Assembly: GCA_017453685.1 (NCBI GenBank)
Contig: JAFTEL010000125.1
Location: forward strand, 5,025-69,024
Direction of reading: 5' to 3'
Length of the DNA stretch: 64,000 nt
DNA from: Clostridia bacterium
GTDB taxonomy: Bacteria; Bacillota; Clostridia; Oscillospirales; Acutalibacteraceae
The translations under genes and the position numbers were made by a program. The notes under the pieces are model-generated. The model was given only the letters and a program-made list of their open reading frames with translations, was not told where the DNA came from and did no database searches. Shown piece after piece: positions 24,230 to 34,104 of the stretch (position 1 is the stretch's first letter; the number at the start of each line of letters is the position of its first letter).

Positions 24230-25633
24230 GATTTTCTCGCCGCATTCCAGGCAGAACTTGCCGCCCGCGGGCACGTCGGCGCCGCACTTCGGGCATTTAT
24301 TGCTCAGCGGCGCGCCGCAGGCGATGCAGAATTTGCCCTTGGGCGTGGCCGCGCCGCACTTGGGACAAACGACTGTATCCGCGGAAGCCGCGGCGACTTT
24401 TTCACCGCAGATCAGGCAGAATTTCGCGTTGACGGGCAGATCCGCGCCGCATTTGGCGCATTTCACACCCGGCGCAGCGGTATTGTTCGGCTGATTGCCG
24501 GTCATGCCGCCGAAGATGCCGCCGATCTGGCCGCTCATCGCCTGCGCGGCCTGCAGGCCGACGCCCAAACCGAGGATGTCGCTCATGGTCGAGCCGCCCG
24601 CGCTGCCACCGCCGCCGGAGCCCATGTTGCCGATGCCTTCGGCGTAAGCCTTCTGCACTTCCGCCTGAACGTAGTCTTTCTTGGTGATGCCCTGCGCCTG
24701 CATGACCTGCGCTTCGGCAAAGCCCGCCTGACGGGTCGCTTCCGCTTCGGCCTGCGCGGCGATGATCTGCCGTTCGGCGGCGCGTTTGGCGACTTCGGTC
24801 TGCGTGGTCTGTTTTTCCAGCTCGGCCACGCGCTGCGCGGCGGCGATCTGCGCCTGTGCCTGCGCCTGCGCCGTGCGCACCTGCGCTTCGGCAGCCGCCA
24901 TTTTGGTCTGCAGCGCAATGGTATGTAACTCGCGGATGCGCTTGAAATTCGGATCTTCCTCGGGCAGAACAACGGTCGTCAGATAAAAGTTCGGTACCGT
25001 CAGCCCGTATTCCGCAAAGCCGGGCTCGATCTTCGCTTTCAGCGTGGCGGAAAGCTCGTCAAGGTGTTCGTCGACCTCAAGAATATTGATGCCGTTCTCT
25101 TTGATCGCGGCGGTGAGATTGGATTTGACGGCGGTCGAGATCATGGGGCGGAACGAGTTTTGCAGCGACTTGGTGAAGTTCGCGCCGCTCTCGCCCCAGG
25201 CGATGCCGTTCATGGTGCCGACCAGCTTGATGAGCAATTTGAGCCCGTCGCTCACCTTGAGGTTGAGCGAGCCGCTCGCGCCGATGTCGAGCGGGATGCC
25301 GTATTCCGCTTCGAGGTAGCGCACCTTGCTGTCCGTGCCCCATTTCAGGTCCATCTGCACGGTCTGATTGATGAAATAGACCTCGCAGTGGAACGGCGTT
25401 TCGTCGCCGGTGGCGCGGTTGAGGTATTTGCCGATCTTGGGGATGTTCTGCGTTTCCAGCGTGTAACGCCCCGCGCGGAACACGTCAAGCGCCTCGCCGT
25501 TCATGAAGAAAACAGCCTCCTGGCTCTCGTGAACGATCAGCTGCGTGAGGGCGTTGAAATCCTCACAGGGGTGCTTCCAGATAAAGGTGCTGTTGTCGCC
25601 TTCATATTTGATGATATCCGCAATTTTTGCCAT
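24227..25633 (-). CDS. SPFH/band-7 domain protein with coiled-coil, Gly-rich linker and three C-terminal zinc ribbons (YdjI/COG4260-like)
   Basis: N-terminus 'MAKIADIIKYEGDNSTFIWKHP...LIVHESQEAVFF', then an A/Q/E-rich coil. Three CxxC-x9-10-CxxC units: KCAKCG...CLICG, VCPKCG...CIACG, KCPKCG...CLECG. Confidence 0.85.
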   Translation of the reverse strand: MAKIADIIKYEGDNSTFIWKHPCEDFNALTQLIVHESQEAVFFMNGEALDVFRAGRYTLETQNIPKIGKYLNRATGDETPFHCEVYFINQTVQMDLKWGTDSKVRYLEAEYGIPLDIGASGSLNLKVSDGLKLLIKLVGTMNGIAWGESGANFTKSLQNSFRPMISTAVKSNLTAAIKENGINILEVDEHLDELSATLKAKIEPGFAEYGLTVPNFYLTTVVLPEEDPNFKRIRELHTIALQTKMAAAEAQVRTAQAQAQAQIAAAQRVAELEKQTTQTEVAKRAAERQIIAAQAEAEATRQAGFAEAQVMQAQGITKKDYVQAEVQKAYAEGIGNMGSGGGGSAGGSTMSDILGLGVGLQAAQAMSGQIGGIFGGMTGNQPNNTAAPGVKCAKCGADLPVNAKFCLICGEKVAAASADTVVCPKCGAATPKGKFCIACGAPLSNKCPKCGADVPAGGKFCLECGEKI

Positions 25634-25651
25634 GGTTGCCCCTCCTTATCT

Positions 25652-25837
25652 TCAGTTGATTTCAATGTTCTGAACTGCGTATTCCAGGCATTTGAGAACA
25701 ATGTCGTTTCGGGTGCGCTTGGTGTCTTCCGCGATCTCGTCCAGCCGCGAAACAAGGTCGTTCGGCAGGCGCAGAGAAAGCACACTGCTGTCGCCGCTGA
25801 ACTTTTTCTGGCTGATCACAAGTTTTTTGTCGTCCAT
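25652..25837 (-). CDS. Ribbon-helix-helix (CopG-family) DNA-binding protein
   Basis: 61 aa. 'VLSLRLPNDLVSRLDEIAEDTKRTRNDIVLKCLEYAV' has the strand-helix-helix pattern. Confidence 0.75.
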   Translation of the reverse strand: MDDKKLVISQKKFSGDSSVLSLRLPNDLVSRLDEIAEDTKRTRNDIVLKCLEYAVQNIEIN

Positions 25838-25869
25838 CGTGCTGTTCTCCTTCTTTCAGATTTGATACA

Positions 25870-25899
25870 ATGATACTACAACTGTAATGCATTTGTCAA
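25870..25899 (-). promoter_or_regulatory. Promoter of the RHH-SPFH operon with candidate RHH operator repeats
   Basis: Minus strand reads TTGACA (25899-25894), 18-nt spacer, TATCAT (25875-25870). Direct repeats TGATAC at 25863-25868 and 25871-25876 overlap the -10. Confidence 0.45.
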
Positions 25900-25916
25900 T
25901 AATTTTTCGATTTTTG

Positions 25917-25945
25917 TTGAAAACGCGCTTTTGGTGTGGTAAGAT
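25917..25945 (+). promoter_or_regulatory. Promoter of the divergent Zn-ribbon membrane protein gene
   Basis: TTGAAA (25917-25922), 17-nt spacer, extended -10 TGgTAAGAT (-10 at 25940-25945). Confidence 0.5.
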
Positions 25946-25984
25946 GTTGGCAGAATCATCGGCGGTAAAAAAGGAGAAGAACAT

Positions 25985-26491
25985 ATGGAAGACTTCAAAT
26001 GTCCGGTCTGCGGCGGCACACTGGAGATCAGCCTGTTTTCCGCCTCGGCGGTCTGCGAATCGTGCGGCAACCGCTCGCAGGTCGACTTCAACCAAACCAA
26101 AGAATACCGGCAGGTTTACCACGAAGCGGAAAAGCTCGCCTGCCTGAACACCGTCGACGGCTATACGAAAGCGATCGAACTGCTGGACTCCATCCCGTTC
26201 GTGAAAGAGGCAAAAGAGAAATCGGCGGCTTATCACAAGCGCATCCAGGAAATCCGCGAGAAGAAGGAAGCGCAGCAGGAAGCCGAAAAGACGAGCGGCA
26301 AACATGAAACCGTGTTCGGCATAGCGCTCATCGTGCTGGTCATCCTCATCGTGCTGGCGGCCGTTGCGGCGGGCGCGGTGATCTTCGTGCGGCTGGTGCG
26401 GGGCGAGCTTTCGACCCAGACGACCATCATCCTCGTGATCGTCATCGCGGTGCTGGTCGTCGGCGCGATCGTCGGCAAAATCAAAGGATAA
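25985..26491 (+). CDS. Zinc-ribbon protein with two C-terminal TM helices
   Basis: 'CPVCGG...CESCG' ribbon, a helical linker, then '[25 protein letters not shown]' and '[18 protein letters not shown]'. AAGGAG RBS present. Confidence 0.65.
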   Translation: MEDFKCPVCGGTLEISLFSASAVCESCGNRSQVDFNQTKEYRQVYHEAEKLACLNTVDGYTKAIELLDSIPFVKEAKEKSAAYHKRIQEIREKKEAQQEAEKTSGKHETVFGIALIVLVILIVLAAVAAGAVIFVRLVRGELSTQTTIILVIVIAVLVVGAIVGKIKG

Positions 26492-26522
26492 CAAAGCAAT
26501 CATCACAGCAGGAGGAAAAGTC

Positions 26523-27212
26523 ATGCTGGAACAACTGAAAAAAGAGGTCTGCGAAGCGAATCTGCAGCTGCCGAAGCACGAGCTGGTGACGTTCACCTGG
26601 GGCAACGTCAGCGGCATTGACCGCGCGAGCGGGCTGGTCGTGATCAAGCCCTCGGGCGTGGCGTATGACGGTATGACGGCGGAAGATATGGTGGTCGTGG
26701 ACTTGAACGGAACGGTCGTTGATGGCAAATGGAAGCCCTCCAGCGACACCGCCACGCACCTGGCGCTCTACAAGGCGTTCCCCAACATCGGCGGCATTGT
26801 GCACACCCATTCCCGCTGGGCGACCTCCTTCGCGCAGGCAGGGCTGCCGATCCCCGCCATGGGCACCACCCACGGCGATTATTTCTACGGCGATATCCCC
26901 TGCACGCGCCCCATGACCGAGGCGGAGATCAAGGGCGAATACGAAGCGGAAACGGGCAAGGTCATCGTGGAGACCTTCCAAGGCGTCGACCCCGACGATA
27001 TCCCGGGCGTGCTCGTCTATTCCCACGGTCCCTTCGCGTGGGGCGGCGACCCGATGAACGCGGTGCACAACGCGGTGGTGATGGAGGAAGTGGCGTTCAT
27101 GGACTACCACGCGCTGACGCTCAACCCCGAGCATCGTGATATGCAACAGGCGCTGCTGGACAAGCACTACCTGCGAAAGCACGGAAAAAACGCCTATTAC
27201 GGGCAAGGATAA
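26523..27212 (+). CDS. araD: L-ribulose-5-phosphate 4-epimerase
   Basis: '[12 protein letters not shown]', 'IKPSGV', 'GIVHTHS', 'TTHGDYF' and '[17 protein letters not shown]'. 229 aa. Confidence 0.9.
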   Translation: MLEQLKKEVCEANLQLPKHELVTFTWGNVSGIDRASGLVVIKPSGVAYDGMTAEDMVVVDLNGTVVDGKWKPSSDTATHLALYKAFPNIGGIVHTHSRWATSFAQAGLPIPAMGTTHGDYFYGDIPCTRPMTEAEIKGEYEAETGKVIVETFQGVDPDDIPGVLVYSHGPFAWGGDPMNAVHNAVVMEEVAFMDYHALTLNPEHRDMQQALLDKHYLRKHGKNAYYGQG

Positions 27213-27217
27213 AACCA

Positions 27218-27247
27218 AAGCGGTCGGTTTTCACCGACCGCTTTTTT
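27218..27247. terminator. Bidirectional terminator between araD and GH89
   Basis: AAGCGGTCGG-ttttca-CCGACCGCTT followed by TTTT. An A-run lies upstream. Confidence 0.7.
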
Positions 27248-29306
27248 ATGCGTTGTATTTTTCCATCAGTTCTTTTGCCACCGTCAGGGTGTCCTCTTTG
27301 GCGACCATGTCATATTCGGGCGCGTATTCCGAGACCCAGTTGCGCTCCAACTGCGCCAACTGGCGGTTGAAATCGCTGCCGAGGAAAGCGTCCCTGCCCA
27401 GCGATTGCTCCTTTGTCCGCTCAGGCAGACGCTTTTTGAACGAGACCGCCAGATACTCAAACAGCGCGCGCCACCGCATAAGGTAGAAGGTTTTGAGCAG
27501 ACCGCCCCACTCCTTCCAGCAGCAGTCGTACAGATCGTTGTCGCGTACGGGACCGAAGAGGGTGATCTGCGCCAACTGGTTGATCTCAAAGTTCTGTTTT
27601 TCATCGTCGGTCGAGCCGAAGTTCCGCGCCTGCTCCAGATAGTACGGCAGCGCGAATTCCTTTTTGGTCAGCAGCAGCCGATCCAGATCTTCAATGAGCT
27701 GCAAAAAAGCGTTGGTGTTGGTTTCAAACTGCTCCACGTTTTTGTTTTTGAAGCCGCTCAGCGCCGCTTGGCACAATTCCCCTGCCCGGTTGCTCAGCGC
27801 CTGCCGCAAACAGTCGCACACGTCAAGCTCATATTCGTAGCCCTGAGCCCGAACGGTCAGCATTTGCTTCACCGCGTCAAACAGCGTTTGGTTGTCGTAG
27901 CCGACGTCACAGCCGGCGTCGCCCACCGCGGTGTGGTTCGGCGCAAGGGAAGGACGGGCGCAGATGACGCTGCCGCTCTCGCGTCTCGGCTGATCCGCTC
28001 GGTAGCAGGTGGCAAGCAGACCGCTGACGATCGCGGTCAGATCATCCGCCGTATTCCAACGGTTTTTTAAGTGTTGCTTCATCCAGACGGCGGGCTCCTG
28101 CGGTTCGCTCAGCGTGGAATAGGCGAAGCGGCTGAAACATTCGTTGCTGCCGCTCCCGTCCGTGCAGGCGCCGACGCCGCGGCACAAGCCGCCATTTTGC
28201 GCCGCTTCCCGAGCGCTGAGGGCGGTCATATCGCCGTGCAGCGCGGTCACGCCGCAGCCGTTGTAGCGCGTGGTGAGAATATAAGGCACGCCGTCCGGCA
28301 CGTCCTGCGGATCATCGCACAGAACGAGCAGCCTTTCGGCGTCCAGACTCTTCAGCATGGCGGGTTTCGCGGAGGACGCGTGCATGACCCAAACCGCGTT
28401 TTCGTTGTGCGCCGTCATGGCGTGAAGGATCGCCGTGCCGAGCCCCGCCAGATACGCGTCGCCCTTCTTGGCGGGCGCGTGGGCGTAAAACGGATCGGCC
28501 ATATAGAAATCGGAATCGCCGATGAGCAGCGACTGATTTTTGAGATAAGCGCTGGCGATGCGCATGAACGACGGATCGCGGGTCCAGACCTGATACTGTT
28601 CGCCGAACTTGCACCAGGCGTCCGTCTTGATCAGGCGGGCGCGGAGCTTGGCCTTGATATAAAGGCGCGTCACGTAGCCGGAAAAGGCGTGGAGGATCGG
28701 CGTCATACCGAGTTCTTTTTCCCGCTCGAAAATGCGGCGTCCCAAAACGATGCGCGCCTCCACCGTCTCCTTGCGGATCTGCGGCACGCAGCCGTCAAAA
28801 CAGTTGGAAAGCTGCCAGCCCCAGTAGGACGGGCCCGAAATCTCCGTGAGCGCAAGCGCTTCGCTCATGCCGGCGTCGACCATGGTGCGGAACCAGACGG
28901 CCTCCGACCCGACCGCGCACAGCGGCAGATTGACGCCGTTCATCGCCATGTAGTCGATCTCTTTTTCCCAGCGTTCCCAATCCCACCAGCAAGCGCCGCA
29001 GGAAAAGAACGTATCTTCCATGCAGGTGCGGTATTTCGCGGCGATGACAACACTTTTGGGCTTTTTCGGCAAAGCGAAGCCGCGGGTGAACAGCGCGTGA
29101 TCCGCCGTGAACTCGCCGCCGCACCAGTCGCGCAAAAACGCGAAATAGCCGACCGCCATGCTTACGGCGCAATCGGCCTGCAGGCAGACCTTCCCGTCTT
29201 TGGCTTCATAACGGTAAAAGTTCTGTCCGTTCTCGCTTTCGGCGGTTTCGAGGATGAATTTGTCCAGATATTCGGGCGTGTTCCGCTCGATCAGCTTCGT
29301 AATCAT
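27246..29306 (-). CDS. Alpha-N-acetylglucosaminidase, GH89 (NAGLU family), no signal peptide
   Basis: 'WWDWERWEKEIDYMAMNGVNLPL' and 'GPSYWGWQ' are NAGLU TIM-barrel signatures, with N- and C-terminal NAGLU-like regions. 686 aa. Confidence 0.85.
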   Translation of the reverse strand: MITKLIERNTPEYLDKFILETAESENGQNFYRYEAKDGKVCLQADCAVSMAVGYFAFLRDWCGGEFTADHALFTRGFALPKKPKSVVIAAKYRTCMEDTFFSCGACWWDWERWEKEIDYMAMNGVNLPLCAVGSEAVWFRTMVDAGMSEALALTEISGPSYWGWQLSNCFDGCVPQIRKETVEARIVLGRRIFEREKELGMTPILHAFSGYVTRLYIKAKLRARLIKTDAWCKFGEQYQVWTRDPSFMRIASAYLKNQSLLIGDSDFYMADPFYAHAPAKKGDAYLAGLGTAILHAMTAHNENAVWVMHASSAKPAMLKSLDAERLLVLCDDPQDVPDGVPYILTTRYNGCGVTALHGDMTALSAREAAQNGGLCRGVGACTDGSGSNECFSRFAYSTLSEPQEPAVWMKQHLKNRWNTADDLTAIVSGLLATCYRADQPRRESGSVICARPSLAPNHTAVGDAGCDVGYDNQTLFDAVKQMLTVRAQGYEYELDVCDCLRQALSNRAGELCQAALSGFKNKNVEQFETNTNAFLQLIEDLDRLLLTKKEFALPYYLEQARNFGSTDDEKQNFEINQLAQITLFGPVRDNDLYDCCWKEWGGLLKTFYLMRWRALFEYLAVSFKKRLPERTKEQSLGRDAFLGSDFNRQLAQLERNWVSEYAPEYDMVAKEDTLTVAKELMEKYNA

Positions 29307-29307
29307 A

Positions 29308-30162
29308 TCATTTTCCTTTTGTCATCTGCATTTTCGCCGCCGTGACCGTGTTTTTCATCAGCATGGCAACCGTCATCAGCCCGACGCCGCCCGGCACCGG
29401 GGTCAGATAACCCGCCTTTTCCTGCACGGCGGTAAAGTCAACATCCCCGCATAGTTTGCCGTTTTCGTCGCGGTTCATTCCCACGTCGATCACGACCGCG
29501 CCCGGCTTGACCATATCCGCCGTGACGAATTTCGCCTTGCCGACGGAGCTGACCAGAATATCCGCCTGGGACGTGATGCTCACCAGATCAACGGTTTTGG
29601 AATGGCAGACGGTGACCGTTCCGTCAGCAGCCATGAGAAGCATCGCCATCGGTTTGCCCACGATGTTGCTGCGCCCGATCACGACACAGTTTTTGCCGCT
29701 CGGATCGATGCCCTCATACCGCAGCATTTCCATCACGCCCGCGGGCGTGCAGGGCAGTAAAACGGGGTCGCCGATCATGATGTGACCGACGTTCACGGGG
29801 TGGAACGCATCCACGTCTTTTTTCGGATCGATCGCGTTGAGAACGACCTTTTCCTCAATGGTCTTCGGCAGCGGCAGCTGGCAGAGGATGCCGGTCACGC
29901 TGTCGTCGGCGTTGAGCTTTCGGATGAGCGAGAGCAAGTCCTCCTGCGCCGTCGCCGCCGGCAAGGCGAATTCCAGCGAACGGATACCGACCTGCTCACA
30001 GACCTTCTTTTTATTATTGACGTAAGTTCTGGACGCCGGATCGTCGCCGACGATGATCACGGCAAGGCACGGAAAGACGCCGCCTGCCTTCAGCGTTTCC
30101 ACTTCGGCGCGCACCTGCGTTTTGATGTATTCGGAGATTTCTCTGCCGTCAATTCGTTTCAT
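29308..30162 (-). CDS. folD: Bifunctional 5,10-methylene-THF dehydrogenase / methenyl-THF cyclohydrolase
   Basis: 'VGDDPASRTYVNNKKK', 'GILCQLPLP', 'DAFHPVN', 'VVIGRSNIVGKP' and 'PVPGGVG'. Start trimmed to the ATG at 30162. Confidence 0.9.
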   Translation of the reverse strand: MKRIDGREISEYIKTQVRAEVETLKAGGVFPCLAVIIVGDDPASRTYVNNKKKVCEQVGIRSLEFALPAATAQEDLLSLIRKLNADDSVTGILCQLPLPKTIEEKVVLNAIDPKKDVDAFHPVNVGHIMIGDPVLLPCTPAGVMEMLRYEGIDPSGKNCVVIGRSNIVGKPMAMLLMAADGTVTVCHSKTVDLVSITSQADILVSSVGKAKFVTADMVKPGAVVIDVGMNRDENGKLCGDVDFTAVQEKAGYLTPVPGGVGLMTVAMLMKNTVTAAKMQMTKGK

Positions 30163-30190
30163 TCGGATCACTCTTTCTCAAGGAACAGAT

Positions 30191-30218
30191 GAAAAGGGCG
30201 CACAAAAGTGCGCCCTTT
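30191..30218 (-). terminator. Terminator after ftsZ
   Basis: AAGGGCGCAC-aaaa-GTGCGCCCTT, a 10-bp stem followed by a T-run on the minus strand. Confidence 0.65.
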
Positions 30219-30236
30219 AAGGCTTGAAATTCGGAA

Positions 30237-31439
<1,203 letters not shown>

Positions 31440-31607
31440 AAATATCGCCTCCGGAAAAATTTCAATGAATTAAGTAAAGAGAAGAAATGATGACAAAATC
31501 AGTTATTGAAATAATATCATACCGCGTCAAAAAAAACAAGGGAAAATGCAAAAAAAGCGAAATATCAGCAAGATTTTTTCTTTCGTTCTCACCGACAAGA
31601 CAGATAA

Positions 31608-32198
31608 TCAACACTTTTTTGCAATCTGCTCTGCTCCGAGGGCAAGCGCGCGCAGATTCTGCTCACAGAATTGCGGCTTCATGGCGGTGCGGATGACGGA
31701 TTCCAGTTCGTCAAGCGAACAGGGAACCGCGCCCAGCGCGCTCGCCGCGCCGAGCAGAGCGACGTTCAGCGACTTGGCGCTGCCCAGTTCGGCGATGATC
31801 GCCGCACCGTCGACGGCACAGTAATCTGTGCCCTGCGCGTCGAGAAAAGCGAACATCTCCTTCGCGTCATAGGAAGCTTTCGCCAGCGTGTCGGTCGTGG
31901 GCTTAACGGGGAGCGTATTGACGATCATCCTGCCGCCACTCTTCAAATAAGGAAACACGCGGACGCCTTCCGCCGGTTCAAAGGCGATCACCGTGTCGGC
32001 GCAGCCCTGGGGGATGAGCGGAGAAAACGCGTCCGCCCCGATGCGCACGTGGCTGACGACGCTGCCGCCGCGCTGCGCCATGCCGATGGTCTCGGCGGTG
32101 TGCGCCGTTTCGCCGCGGGCGATCGCGCAGTTGGCGAGCATCTTGGAGGCGAGGACGGTGCCCTGACCGCCGACGCCGCACAGAAGAATGTTAAACAT
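31608..32198 (-). CDS. iorB: Indolepyruvate:ferredoxin oxidoreductase, beta subunit
   Basis: 'LLCGVGGQGTVLASKML' and 'ETIGMAQRGGSVVSHVRIG'. Start overlaps the iorA stop. Confidence 0.85.
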   Translation of the reverse strand: MFNILLCGVGGQGTVLASKMLANCAIARGETAHTAETIGMAQRGGSVVSHVRIGADAFSPLIPQGCADTVIAFEPAEGVRVFPYLKSGGRMIVNTLPVKPTTDTLAKASYDAKEMFAFLDAQGTDYCAVDGAAIIAELGSAKSLNVALLGAASALGAVPCSLDELESVIRTAMKPQFCEQNLRALALGAEQIAKKC

Positions 32199-34012
32199 CA
32201 GCCCTCTCCCCTTTCAAACGCGCCGAAGCGGCACAGATCAAGGCAAAGCCCGCAGCCGTAGCAGAGCGAAGCGTCGATGGCGACCTTGCCGTTTTCGCCC
32301 TTGACGATGGCGGGGCAGCCCATCTCCCGCACGCAGCGCTTGCAGCCCGTACATTTTTCCGTGTTGACCCGCAGCTTCGGCTTCGGTTTGGAGACCGCGA
32401 TGCACGGCGCGCGGAAGATAATGCACGACACGCCGTCATAGTCGGCAGCCGCTTTCACCGCCTGTTCGGACTTTTCAAAATCAAACGGGTCGACCACGGC
32501 GATGTGCTGCACGCCGAGGGCTTCCACGACCTTTTCAATGCTGATCTTCGTCGCCGGTTCGCCGGTGGCGGCAAAGCCCGTGCTCGGGTTCGGCTGCTGA
32601 CCGGTCATGGCGGTGGTGGAGTTGTCGAGAATGACGGAAACGATCCTCGCGCCGTTATAAACGGCGTTGGCGACGCCCGCCAGACCTGTGTGGAAAAAGG
32701 TGGAATCACCCGTAAACGAGAAACAGACCGTGTCGGGCTCCACGTGTTTGATTCCCTGTGCGACGGTGATGCCCGCGCCCATGCACAGGCAGGTGTCCGT
32801 CATATCCAAGGGCATGGCGTTGCCCAGCGTGTAGCAGCCGATGTCGCCCGCGAAAACGGCCTTTCTGCCCTTCATGGCGCGTTTGACCGCGTAGAACGAA
32901 GCGCGGTGCGGGCAGCCGGCGCAGAGCGTCGGCGGGCGGACGGGCAGCGGCGGAAGCGCGGGTGCTTCCGGCTCGGCGGCGGGCAGATCAAAGAACCGAC
33001 GCAGCACGGACAGCGCGTTTTCGGTGCTGTTTTCGCCCGCGGTCGGGGTAAACCCGTTATTTTTGCCCAGAATCGTCACGGGGAGCCGATGCACGCCGCA
33101 AAGGCGCTGAAGCTCCTGCTCGATGACGGGGTCAAGCTCCTCATAGACCAGCACCTCGTCCAACCTGTCCAGAAACGCAAGCGCTTTCTGTTCGGGGAAC
33201 GGATGCGGGATCGCCACGTTGAGCAGCTTATACTCCTGCTGAATATCCAGCATTTGCAGCGCTTCGCGCATATACTGACCGCTCACGCCCGACACGGCAA
33301 TGCCCTTTTTGCCGCTGCCGCACAGGGTGTTGAAGCGGTAGTCGGATAATTCCTTGCTTAAGTTTTTATTTCTTTCTTCGATTCTCAAGTGAGACTGATA
33401 AGACAGTTTCGGGAAAATGACCCAGCGGGCGTCTTTGACGAAGCCCTCGGGCTCGCCGACGGGCAGCGGGTCGAGCAGCTCGATCGACGCCGTCGCGTGG
33501 CAGACGCGCGTGGTCGGGCGGAACAGCACGGGCGTTTGGTATTTTTCCGAAAGCGCGTAGGCGTCCGCCATCATCAGATAGGCTTCCTCGGGGCTGGCCG
33601 GATCGAACACGGGCAGCTTGGAAAACGCCGCGAAGGTGCGGGTATCCTGCTCGGTCTGGGACGAGATCGGACCGGGATCGTCCGCGACGAGCACGACCAT
33701 GCCGCCCTTGACGCCGACGTAGGCCAGCGACATGAGCGGGTCGCTCGCGACGTTGAGCCCTACCTGCTTCATCGTCACCAGCGTGCGCGCGCCCGCGTAG
33801 GAAGCGCCCGCGGCGACCTCCAGCGCGGATTTTTCGTTGACCGACCATTCCACGTAGGCGGCGGTATGGCCGCGGCTTTTTTCTTTGGCTATCGTTTCGA
33901 GCACCTCGGTCGACGGCGTGCCCGGGTAGCCGGCCGCTACCCGAACCCCGGCGCGCAAAGCGCCCAGCGCCATCGCCTCGTTGCCCATGAGCAGTTTTTT
34001 CAAATCGAGCAT
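32198..34012 (-). CDS. iorA: Indolepyruvate:ferredoxin oxidoreductase, alpha subunit (TPP- and 2x[4Fe-4S]-binding)
   Basis: 'LLMGNEAMALGALRAG', the TPP motif 'GDSTFFHTG' and C-terminal ferredoxin motifs 'CTGCKRC...CPA' and 'CYGCGLC'. The track start at 34069 lies in the upstream terminator T-tract. I prefer the ATG at 34012; 34045 is also possible. Confidence 0.85.
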   Translation of the reverse strand: MLDLKKLLMGNEAMALGALRAGVRVAAGYPGTPSTEVLETIAKEKSRGHTAAYVEWSVNEKSALEVAAGASYAGARTLVTMKQVGLNVASDPLMSLAYVGVKGGMVVLVADDPGPISSQTEQDTRTFAAFSKLPVFDPASPEEAYLMMADAYALSEKYQTPVLFRPTTRVCHATASIELLDPLPVGEPEGFVKDARWVIFPKLSYQSHLRIEERNKNLSKELSDYRFNTLCGSGKKGIAVSGVSGQYMREALQMLDIQQEYKLLNVAIPHPFPEQKALAFLDRLDEVLVYEELDPVIEQELQRLCGVHRLPVTILGKNNGFTPTAGENSTENALSVLRRFFDLPAAEPEAPALPPLPVRPPTLCAGCPHRASFYAVKRAMKGRKAVFAGDIGCYTLGNAMPLDMTDTCLCMGAGITVAQGIKHVEPDTVCFSFTGDSTFFHTGLAGVANAVYNGARIVSVILDNSTTAMTGQQPNPSTGFAATGEPATKISIEKVVEALGVQHIAVVDPFDFEKSEQAVKAAADYDGVSCIIFRAPCIAVSKPKPKLRVNTEKCTGCKRCVREMGCPAIVKGENGKVAIDASLCYGCGLCLDLCRFGAFERGEG

Positions 34013-34057
34013 CTCCTGTCCTGCGTCATAAAACTGATTTATCATATCATCTTTCCG

Positions 34058-34089
34058 AAAAAAAAGCAAGGACGCCGCGGCGTCCTTGC
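34058..34089 (-). terminator. Terminator after the GPH transporter gene
   Basis: GCAAGGACGC-cgcg-GCGTCCTTGC followed on the minus strand by T8. Confidence 0.75.
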
Positions 34090-34104
34090 TTCGATTAACG
34101 AAAA

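Noticed and set aside
23771-25837. Possibility that the four-helix-bundle gene marks a diversity-generating retroelement (Avd plus TR/VR plus RT).
   Set aside because: There is no reverse transcriptase anywhere in the window. I saw no template/variable repeat pair of about 100-150 bp. The adjacent SPFH protein has no C-type-lectin or Ig-like variable C-terminus.
25652-25837. RHH protein as the antitoxin of a type II toxin-antitoxin pair.
   Set aside because: The downstream gene is a 468-aa SPFH protein separated by 18 nt, not a small toxin. No ParE, RelE, PIN or HicA-like ORF lies adjacent. An operon autoregulator is more likely.
25856-26755. 299-aa minus-strand ORF spanning the Zn-ribbon/TM gene and the araD start.
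   Set aside because: It crosses an intergenic region and two well-supported plus-strand genes, and it contains His/Asp/Arg low-complexity runs. It is a shadow ORF.
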